Source: Spizellomyces punctatus DAOM BR117 (taxonomy: Eukaryota). Taken from it: a DNA stretch of 64,000 nucleotides. The stretch lies in assembly GCA_000182565.2 (NCBI GenBank), contig KQ257451.1; one strand, 5' to 3'. Of this stretch, positions 42,510-52,708 are shown piece by piece. Under the pieces are notes generated by a model. The model worked only from the letters and a program-made list of their open reading frames with translations. It had not been told where the DNA came from and searched no databases. Every line of letters begins with the position of its first letter. The stretch's first letter is position 1. The translations under genes and the position numbers were made by a program.

Positions 42510-44567
42510 TTACTGCGACTGTCTGCCCATTTGATCCGCGTTTAATATCAAAGCGACAAAAAAATTGATCATGCCATCTAATACGTGCATAAGAAGGGTT
42601 TAGAATGAGCATTTGTTATCCTGAAGAATCAAACATACCGTAATCTTTTAATGAAATACGCTCATTCACTCCATGGATCCTGTCCGGATCACCGGGATAC
42701 ATCACCACTGGCTGAAACCTGAAAATATTTGCGGACATTGACTTGTACGCCGTTGAGTCTGTCGCGCCCATAAGCAACGATGGTGCAACTAGTATGTCTG
42801 TCGAACTAGAGTTGGTCCCATGGTTGAATGCAAACACATGACGAATTGTGCCCTCCAGTAGCTTATAAGCACGAGAGCGCGGTGAAGAAATAGAACTAGG
42901 CTCGGTATTGCGACCACCAAGGCTCAATGAGATGGTCACAGGGGCATCGTCCGAGCCATCACGAGGGTCATCCGCATTCGCAGTCTCATTGACAATTTGT
43001 GCGCCAATCGCCTTCGCAATAAATTCCTGTACTCCGCGGATGGATTCTCCGGGCCGTATGCGGACGTTAATGTTAGCCGAGGCGTCCCGAGGGAGCACAT
43101 TGGCGGCAACGCCTCCATTGAAGGTTGTTGTGGCTGTGAAAACGAAAGTTGGGTCACCAAATCATTGAAGAATGGCGGTAATAAAGCTATTATTACCCCA
43201 GGTTGTCCTTGTCATCGCGGCAAATCCCGGAGCCACGGCAGGTGGTAGAAGACCTAGAATGTATTCAAAGATCCGTATATTGCCAAGGATTGTACGCATC
43301 AACATCGATGGATGTTCGGGTGCTATGGTTGATAGAAGGTGAGCTACAGGGCCCTCACTGAAAGTTGTAATTGCACGAGTCTTTGCAAGGCGGGCAATCG
43401 CGTCCGAAAGAGTATGGATGGCATTCTGTCCAAAAGGCATTGAAGCGTGACCTCCTACACTTCTCGTTCTTTCCGACCAGCATTAGCAAGCTCGCTCTGA
43501 GATCCCTGCTCCTATAAGATCATACCTGATGGTGAAGTCTGCAACACCTTTTTCTGCTATTCCAATCCAGGCTATGTATAGAGACAGTGTCAAGGGTCTA
43601 TTGGATTGCTGAGAATTTTCTTTCGCTCCACACCTATCGGCACATTGATCCCCGGAAACATGCCATGGGAGATTGGTAGGCCTTCATCAATGATAAACTC
43701 AAATCGCAATCCTCTTTTCTCCAAGATCTCTGCTATACGCGCTGCACCTGCAAATGTTACACTATATTAACAATTTGCACGACGCACCGTTGGAATTCAG
43801 CTTCACGCCACCTTCTTTGCCCGATACTTCCCTAAGACAATCGTACACAACATGTAAGCAGCGATATGCGGATGAGCTGCTCTTGTTTTACTTTACTTAC
43901 TCATCATGTCCAAAAGCTAAGTAGATAGTTCTTCTGGGTTGATACCGCGCCTTCAGCAGCGCGTCCACGGATTCCAATTGCGCCATCAGCATTCCTTTCA
44001 TATCTAGAGTGCCGCGGCCTGCATAAGATGTCAGCTCGACACTCTGGTATCGCGTACTGTGATAGCGCGCGCACCATGGATGTATCCATTGTTGATTTCC
44101 CCTCCAAAAGGAGGGAAGTCCCAGCGCTCCGGGTCACCTACTGGAACGACATCTTGATGGGCGAGAAAGAGAATTGGCAGATTGCTATCATCTACAGGTT
44201 CGGAGCCTTGCCACTTCAGTAGCAGGCTCAACTCATTGACTATGTCCCACTCCAACTTTTCAAGCACCAGCGGAAACTCCTCCTGCAACATAGATCTAAA
44301 GCGCAGGAAGGTTCTGCGCTCTTCTTCCGTTGCGTTCAGTTTTGAAACAGTCGGAATCCGAATGGCAGACGCAAAGCGTGCGTGAGCTGCTGTGTGGTTA
44401 ACATTGGAGACTACCGAGTCGAGCGCAATCGGCGGGGCGAGGGAAGGTGACTGACGCGTGGACAGTGTCGAGGTAGAATAGATCAAGTACCCAACGATGG
44501 AGAAGAAGGGTACTATTATGAACGATAGTATCCTTGTAGAACAGCACGATATCCGACTGCTCGCCAT
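42510..44567 (-). CDS. M20 family metallopeptidase (carboxypeptidase S / PM20D1-like)
   Basis: N-terminal TM segment, LAHQDVVP, IHGARA, FGHDEE, IIDEG, GGHASMP, NVLP, GATDS and IHGVNERI. Confidence 0.9.
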
Positions 44568-44913
44568 CACGTCTGCTGTGTTCCTCTGCCGATGAACGCG
44601 TGTGAAAGTTTCGCTTTTCAATCCATGCGACATCCACAGCGGGAGGGTTACATAATGCCTGATCGACATAGAATTTTCAGCAACTGTGCCGCCTGCAGGT
44701 AATCCAACAGTCATCTCTTGGCTCAAGACCTGCACATCCTCCAGTATGTGCCAATACTTCTTTTCTTCCCAACTACTTGGCTATACTGTTTTTTAGAGCG
44801 ACCAGTCTTCATCTAAACTGATCCACTCATCAAGGTCTTCCTATGGTCGTTGACCAGATCCTTTCCTCATAACTAAGACAGTAGAGAATCTACCTTTACC
44901 CGTCCAAGTAGTG

Positions 44914-45097
44914 GGCCAGGTTTTCAAAAACCTAGCAATCATAATATCACCTGGTCTTTAACAATGGTCTTTCCCGTTTCAAACCTAGCAATCATAATAT
45001 CACCTGGTCGAACCTTGACAATGGTCTTTCCGGAGTTAAAGACCATTGTGAAGGTTCGACCAGGCGATATTACGATTGTTAGGCTTGAAAAGCTGGC
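44914..45097. repeat. Long imperfect palindrome with tandem partial duplicate of the left arm (MITE-like relic)
   Basis: Arms 44977-45029 and 45038-45090 are reverse complements at 48/53 positions with an 8-nt spacer. 44922-44974 repeats the left arm. Confidence 0.85.
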
Positions 45098-45555
45098 ATG
45101 CTGCTGGAATCCTCTCTACGGCTGGCAGAAGGGACAATCTCTGTGGACGTGCCAAAACTGCAATTCAGAGGTCGCTCATCCTTTGTGTGTGCAATATATT
45201 TAGTCTGATGCGATACTGCTCGACACAGTCTTCACAGTTTACCCATTTTGACAGTTGAGGCAAGCCACGCACGTGAACACTGCACGTGCGCCACAGCCTT
45301 TGGATTGGCTGCAGGCCTCTCCTTTCAAAAATCCTCGTTGGACAGCAACGCGCAGCTCTCCTTTCAACTAGGTTACCATTCGGGAATTTTTTGGTCTGTG
45401 GGATTGAGTGCAATTTGGCATCGTCTGGTTGAAGGGGCGACGAAAAGATTGGGAAAGAGGACAAAACGAATTGGAACTACGGTCATAACTTTGTGAACCA
45501 CAGTCACTCGTAGCCAAATACCCATATTTCCCCACACAACGCATCACAAGTCACA

Positions 45556-46648
45556 ATGGCAACAACAGCCGCCTCCCTATCCGCTACAGACGACTCCTTC
45601 CAAAATGGCGCTCCACACCCGTCTAATCACAACCCAATAGCAGAGTCAGACACACCACGCACTTCATCTCCCGAACCCGATCAGGTCTCTGACGACGAGT
45701 CCAGTTCATTCAAAACAATCTTTGACGATCCGAAGAACTTCAATGCAAAGCATCCTCTCCAAAACAGATGGACAATGTGGTTCGATAATCCTGGCAAGAG
45801 GACGAACCAGCATAACTGGTCGAATAATTTGAAGAATTTGATCACAGTCGATACCGTTGAAGATTTTTGGGGGTGAGCGTCAGCTATTCTTGAACGGCGG
45901 TATTTAGCCGATTCACTCTAATCTTGTTGACTGTTAGTGTCTACAACAATGTCGTCAAGGCCTCGCAACTGACTCACGGCTCAAATTATCACATATTCAA
46001 AGAAGGCGTTCAACCCATGTGGGAAGACCCTCACAATGCAAACGGCGGGAAGTGGGTAGTGCAATTACCAAAGAGTAAGCGCAGCGAGTTGGATCAAATG
46101 TGGCTGTTTTCGGTAAGTCCTTCTATCTCGCTGTAATCTGGCGAATGGAGCTTAGTCGCGCGAAGGATGTGATGCCATGCTTGTCCAACTGCTGTCGGAA
46201 CATCTAATGTCGAAAAAATGGCGGCATATTAATGCCTTGACGCATGATGGAGGAGTTATGAAGTGCGTGATCCTCGAATGTGTAAATGGTGGACTGATCA
46301 TATATTCTCCCCCGCTTTTTATGCAGGTCCTAGCAGCCATAGGGGAAACGTTCCCTGATAGCGACGAAATATGCGGCATTGTCGTATCTATTCGCAAACA
46401 ACAGGACCGCCTTTCACTCTGGACGAAATCCGCTCTTGACGAAGACAAATGCAGAGCCTCTGGTCAACATTGGAAGGGAGTCTTGGGTTTGGGAGATGGC
46501 GAGAAGATTGGATATCAAGCACATTCGGATGCATTGAGAAAAAATTCCAGGTGAGTCAACAGACCAATGTTCGATACAACGAGATCGCAAGACATGTGCT
46601 AATAGCTTTTCCCACAGCTTCTCGAACCAGGACATGTATACAGTATAA
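45556..46648 (+). CDS. Translation initiation factor eIF4E
   Basis: HPLQNRWTMWF, TVEDFWG, FKEGVQPMWED, GGKW, ICGIVVSIR and LSLWT. Four exons. Confidence 0.95.
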
Positions 46649-47125
46649 AGCGATAGCTGGGATATACTCAGGTTACCGCGTCCAGATTTTCATCTTCTTG
46701 TACCGCGACCTGTATCCATGAACCAACGATCCATCAAAGATGTAATCTGCCGCTTCACTGTTGGCATTTGCTTCCCTTTCTATTTTCTTCGTCCTCTGCG
46801 AGGGGTTTTGTCATGGGTGAATGGTTGCAAATGTTGGCTGAGAGAAACACGTAGCTTATTTTATTGGGCTGATGGGGGTAGGTGGGCACTTGAGGGATGG
46901 GGGTAGTATGCGTGGCACTTTCTTTTACTTTCTTTTTTTATTCGTTGCGCTGTGTGGGATATAGCATTGTGTGTACGTTATTTCTTGTATGAGAACAGAA
47001 AAATCTCTCATGATTGTGCTGACATAATTGACTTTTAATATTTGCGGCGTCAAAGCGCGAGCCTTCTCGTCGTGTTCATTGCACCTACGAAAATCAACGT
47101 GCCCTGTGTGTGCACCGTCAAGACA

Positions 47126-47530
47126 ATGGCCTCTATTCGCGCGACGGTGCGCACCTTTTTTTCCCCTGTCTTGTCCCTATATAGCACCCTACGGAACCTC
47201 ACCCTTACCTATGGCCCTGCCTGGCTTGTCGTCTCCCAGATCCACTCCTGGATCCATTTTCTCCTCCTCTACCTGTACCTCCACACTACAAACACCGACG
47301 TAGTCTCTCTAGTGCAGTACTACAACTTCGGACCCGAAATGGAACGCGTTGCCGCGACTAGCGGGCATTTCGCGCTGGCTGTACTGGGAAATCGGGTACT
47401 CAGTCCAGTGAGGCTTGTACTGAATTTGTTGATCATGCCCTTTGTGGCGCCAAAGATGAATGAACTTTTGGGACGATGGAGAGTATGGGTGAAGCGGCGG
47501 TGGGGGAGTCGCAAAAAAGTAGAGGTGTGA
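47126..47530 (+). CDS. Small membrane protein, DUF1279/FAM210-like
   Basis: YG..hydrophobic helix..DVVSL..GHFALAVLGNRVLSPVRL..MPFVA pattern. Single exon. Confidence 0.6.
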   Translation: MASIRATVRTFFSPVLSLYSTLRNLTLTYGPAWLVVSQIHSWIHFLLLYLYLHTTNTDVVSLVQYYNFGPEMERVAATSGHFALAVLGNRVLSPVRLVLNLLIMPFVAPKMNELLGRWRVWVKRRWGSRKKVEV

Positions 47531-47827
47531 GAGTCGTCAATAGAGTACATATTAGCGTCGTTGCTTGTCGGTTGCTATGTCCGGTTGCTATGACCGAAAG
47601 CATGTCAAATCACCTCATCCAATGGAACGGCCTGCAACTCATTCGATTTTGGTTGCGCAATCATTAAATCCAAATATGGACATATCAGCACGTGCTCCAG
47701 ATGGAGATCTTTTTTGATGTCGTTGGGTTCTTGGGGCGAGGCTTCCCAAAAAAAAATATACAAAAATACCCACGGTCGTGGTTATTCCCCAGTTTACATT
47801 TGCAAGTACATCACAGAAAACGACAAG

Positions 47828-49311
47828 ATGACCTCGCCTTCAAAGACCGTGTCGAAGTCGACTGCACCAAAGGTTCTCAAGCCATTCAACAATGGAGAAA
47901 TCAAGATATTGTTGTTGGAAGGTGTGTATGTGGATGCCACATGTTTCTGGTGTAGTGGTGCAGTCGTTGATGTATGCGACTTTAGGTGTGAACAAGACGG
48001 GTATCAACATTTTGCAAAATGCTGGCTATCAGGTCGAAACGCATGCGAAAGCACTTTCGCCTGAAGTTTTGAAAGAGAAAATCCGAGACGTTCACGCCAT
48101 TGGTATTCGGTAGGCGCTTGTGACGTGATATGCATACCCTCCTGCGTGAAAAGAGAAGGCTAATATGTATGCACCTCAGTTCCAAAACCCAACTGACAGC
48201 CGAAATTCTTGGTGAAGCGAAGAAGCTGCTTGCTATTGGCTGTTTCTGTATTGGCACCAACCAAGTCGACCTCGACTACGCCGCCGCCCACGGTATCGCC
48301 GTGTTCAACTCTCCCTTTTCCAATTCACGCAGTGTAGCTGAGCTCATGATTGCCGAGATAATTGCTCTCTCCCGACAATTGGGAGACAGAAACAAGGAGC
48401 TTCACAACGGGGTTTGGAACAAGACCTCCAAGAACTGCAATGAGATTCGGGGCAAGACGTTGGGTATTGTAGGATATGGACATATTGGTGCACAGTTGTC
48501 GGTTTTGGCTGATGCCATGGGCATGTCGGTCATATTCTACGATGTGCTACAAATCATGCCTCTGGGTACAGCCCGTCCAGTGCCAACACTAGACGATCTG
48601 CTCTCAACGGCCGACTATGTCTCGCTTCACGTCCCCGAAACCGATGACACCAAGAACATGATCGGTGCTCGCGAATTGAGTCTGATGAAGCCGGGATCTT
48701 ACCTCCTTCAAGCGTCCCGTGGAACCGTTGTGGATATCCCTGCTTTGGCAACTGCTCTTCGTAACGGTCATTTAGGCGGTGCTGCTGTGGACGTGTACCC
48801 CGTCGAACCCTTTGCCAACGGTCCAAACTTTGAAAGCGAGTTGAAGGGCTGTCCCAACACGATTTTATCCCCTCATATTGGTGGGTCAACTGAGGAGGCA
48901 CAATCCTCCATTGGTGTCGAGGTTGGATCAGCATTGGTGCGGTACATCAACAACGGAACAACACTGGGAGCCGTCAACTTCCCCGAGTGCGATGTAAGAC
49001 AACCAGCTGCAGAGAGTAAGACGGTTCGTGTTTTGAATGTTCACCACAATGTCCCTGGTGTCCTTAAGGTACGAGATACTCCACGCATTCGAATGGACCA
49101 TGTATCCCCATCATGCTAACTTGAGTTACTTGAAAAGCAAATCAACAAAATCCTATCTGAGTTCAACATCGAAAAGCAAATCTGCGATTCCCGCGGTCCG
49201 ATTGCGTACCTTATGGCTGATCTCAATGTTGAAGATGAAAAGGATTACCACAGAATTTATGAACGGATTGAGACCATTTCCCAGAACATCAGAACGAGAT
49301 TGCTGTACTAG
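47828..49311 (+). CDS. SER3: D-3-phosphoglycerate dehydrogenase
   Basis: GCFCIGTNQVDL, NSRSVAE, GIVGYGHIG and PHIGGSTEEAQ, with an ACT-like C-terminus ending TRLLY. Confidence 0.96.
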
Positions 49312-49505
49312 TCTCAATTGATGACCTTTTTTTTTCTTGTGTATTTTATTGTGATAGATGTTCGTTGTATTCTCGTGGATGATGGGTTTGATAAATAAAG
49401 ACCTTTGAACTAGATTTCTGTCCAGCTCTGATAAGAAAATTGTGGCAGGCACACCTATGTAAAGCTCATCTACATTACACCCCATGTCAGCCGCTTTCCC
49501 CACGC

Positions 49506-51514
49506 TCACCCAGCGCAAAGCTTCTCTTCTTTGCCTCGCAGCGCCTCAGCCACTGCCATACTGGTGCTTAAGACCATTACGACAACACCAAAACCTATAC
49601 AGAGCAGCGGTCCGGCCTTTTTCAACGAAAATGTTGGTCCAGATGAGAGGTAAATGTAGCAGAGGGGTGGAAGGATGTATGCCAAAACGGTAGCCGCAAA
49701 ACCACCCTGCATCGGCAAAGCTCAGCAGATTCCGAAGCGGCCCTTACACGCCAAACAACAACAAAAAAAAATACTCACAGTAATCTCTAAAACGATACCT
49801 AAATCGCACGTCCAAAGCGCCACGCCCATTGCCGAGAGCGTCAATGCGACTGTCGTACCCGCATGAATAGGCAACGATACTGGTTTCTCCTCCTCTCCTT
49901 GACCATATATGCAATGCAAAAGCACCTCCCGGCAAACAAAACATTCAAGGGGAAACGTTAGAAACATGTTAATCCCAAAACATAAGCGTGCAAGGGTGAT
50001 AAGAGGATGTGTGGGTGAAAAGTTGTTGAGAATGTTGCCTAAAAGGGCGGACTTTAGAAGATTTGCATCTTACTGATTGGTAAGTATGCTTCGCACAGTA
50101 CCTTGCGTCTTGTCGGTGAAGACAAGGTAACCCCCACAGGCAAGCACCAAACAAGCCAAAAGCGACAATCTGAAAATGTCGCAAAAGTAAGGTCCGCAAA
50201 TCGGAGATACTGACAAAGGAAAGATGACATGTACCCGGTTGACAAGTGCGTGACAACCGCAAAGCGGTCCATGGTTGGTTTCCGTAAGGAGCCATAAATG
50301 AGAAAGGTGTTGTGATGACAGACAAATGCTTTAAACCGAGCCAAAAAAGGTAAGGTCAGATTTACGCATACCACACTAGAATCAAAAAAAAAAAAAATCA
50401 ACGCACCAAAACTGATCACGCCAATGGCCTGGAACACCCCACCTCCGACCCAGCTCACATCACCTCCTTGCCGCCCTTCCCATGCCCCAGCCCCCACCAC
50501 CGCCAAAACAATAAATACAATCGCGCCTAGCGAGACGGCACTCGTTTTCGCTAAAGCTGATATGTCGCGGTAAAGGGAGAGGGGGAGAGACACAAAGAGC
50601 GTTGTGAGGGTGATCATGGCACGGCGGGAGGTAAGTACGCTGTAGAGAGGGGTTTTGGAGGGAAGTTGAGAGAGGACGACGGGAAGTGTGTCACCGACGA
50701 TAATGGCGTAGGCTTGAGTTGCATGAATTTGTGAGTGTCAGTGGCGGAGAGTGGGGAATGGCAGGCTACGTACCACACATTGCTAAGAACCGAGAGAGAG
50801 AAGTCACGTTTATTGGATGTGAACCAAGCGATTTGCACGCAAAAAAAAGGAAACTCACCACCATAAGCAAACACAAACTGAAACACCGAAACCGCAATAA
50901 ATCCCCATCGCCCAAAACACCTCTTGACTAGCTCCTGATACGATCTCGTTCCCGCCAGTTTCCCATCCACAATGAGGAGGTTCACCGTCCAGTCTATAGT
51001 TCAATATCTTAGCTACGTTTGCGCTGAGGTAGGAGCACTGTTGGATGGTGGTTTTACCTACAACAAACGTCAATGCAAATAGTAGCAGAACGCCGGTTGC
51101 GAATCCGGATTCGGCGAATGCGTAAGGGAGACCTAATGCGTCATGCTCAGTCATAAGATCACACCAACGACGATGAACCTCAACGGTTGCTGATTCTTCT
51201 TCTTACCAATAATTCCTGTGGGACAACGTAAGGGTATAGGATCAGCCCTTGTGCGCATTGCAACCGCCTTTCCCACCAACCCACCACTTTCACTCACCAG
51301 CTCCAATGATGGAATTCGTGAAATTAAAGGTTGCATCCCAAACTCCACTCGCATGCTCCTCAATCCCACCCACATCAACTATTTCACCTTCTTCATCCAG
51401 GTCAAACCCCAATAGTTCATGCTCTTCACCTGTAAACGAGGCTTCCTCCCAAATTTCATCAGGTGGAGTCGGAGATTCCAGTGCGACGGGAGTCAGTGGT
51501 TCGTCTGCTGGCAT
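49506..51514 (-). CDS. Amino acid transporter, AAAP/SLC38 family (Avt2-like), many exons
   Basis: FNFTNSIIGAG, GLPYAF, LPLSLYRDI, AFVCHHN, TFPLECFVCRE and LAYILPP. Confidence 0.9.
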
Positions 51515-51866
51515 GTGCGTAACAATTTGGTTTGTATTTGCCGGGGAATCGTACAAGCACTGGTGCGAGCATGCAAACGATCTAATGATCTCACTCGGCG
51601 CTCTGTGGCTAATGCGCAGCAACCGCACCCCGATTCACTGTCGATACTACGCAACTAAGCATGCTGACGTAACACGCTTAAGCTTCTCCGCTCTCCACGC
51701 GTTCAGGGCGAGCGTCTTTGGCATTGTTTGCGACTTGCTCGCCAATCTGGCCCAAGAATATAATCACCCATGCGGTCTCTTTCATCCGCATCAAACAATA
51801 TATAGAACGCATAATGGCGTTGATTTGATAATGGACACGACGGAGTGTCGGAGTTGGTTCCTCGTC

Positions 51867-51874
51867 TATAAAAG
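51867..51874 (+). promoter_or_regulatory. TATA box (TATAAAAG) with no protein-coding gene downstream on the plus strand
   Basis: Consensus TATAWAAG immediately upstream of the structured segment. Confidence 0.35.
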
Positions 51875-51889
51875 GGCGGCCAGGCTGCC

Positions 51890-52465
51890 TCGTTCCCCTA
51901 AACCACACAAGGTAGGTCTACTGAAAACCAGACAGAAATAGTAAAACAAAAAGCAAGAACTATACGCCGTATCATCTCGCATATTGACGTCGAGTACCCT
52001 GCTCTCTGGAGAAGAACATGGGGATAACACACACCTTCAACGCGTTGTGTTGTCCCTGTCGTGTTGTCTCTGGGGACTATTGGTTCGGGTCTCCACCTCA
52101 CCGTGCGAGTGTGACGGCGTATAATTTTCTTTTTTGTCGGCGTTTTGTTCTCATGTGGCGGGAATGCGCTCTACCCATGCTTTTGATACATGGTGACTTT
52201 CAGGTATGCGAACAGCTGGACTCGTTTGGATTCGCGGAACTCTTACTCTGTTCGCCTAATATAACTATTCACACTGGTACGTATCTACATTAATACAACT
52301 GAAAGAGATAACTTGGGATGTATATTGATGGCCAGCCGCGGGTACCGGAAACCCCGCTGAACAAACTTGTATTGCCAGCCTAGAAGTGAGTCTCACGTTG
52401 GCGCCTGTTGTGAACGGCTAACCATTACAGCTCGCTCGCCTTATTCGGTAAAAAAAAAAGCAGGC
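51890..52465 (+). ncRNA. Candidate structured non-coding RNA of unassigned class
   Basis: Multiple nested helices with G-U pairs that favour the plus strand, an upstream TATA box and no credible ORF. Boundaries are approximate. Confidence 0.5.
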
Positions 52466-52708
52466 TATTGGTAGCCCGCTTCAATACTCTCATAAGCTAA
52501 CATCACCCATGGCCACTTCCAAAAGCCCAAGGAAAATCGAATATCGCAGGACGCAAAGGCTTGACAGGAGGAGGCACAACGCTTCATTCCACTAGCCGGT
52601 GAGGCCACATCACAAAAGAGCAAATCCATAGATAAAAGATCCAACATCAACAGCATTACATACAAAACGCCCATTCACCACCCACGCACCAGTCCCTTTG
52701 CCAAAATG

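Noticed and set aside
43119-43190. Apparent in-frame stop in the M20 peptidase (possible pseudogene or readthrough)
   Set aside because: The stop lies inside a GT..CAG intron, and splicing restores TTWATTTFNGG.
51249-51941. 230-aa plus-strand ORF
   Set aside because: Non-ATG start, antisense to the first exon and promoter of the transporter, and no domain signal.
52260-52365. Resemblance to U17/snR30 m1/m2 motifs (CTATTCAC, AAACCCC before ACA)
   Set aside because: Both motifs deviate from the consensus and the spacing to ACA is off, so the specific assignment is not supported.
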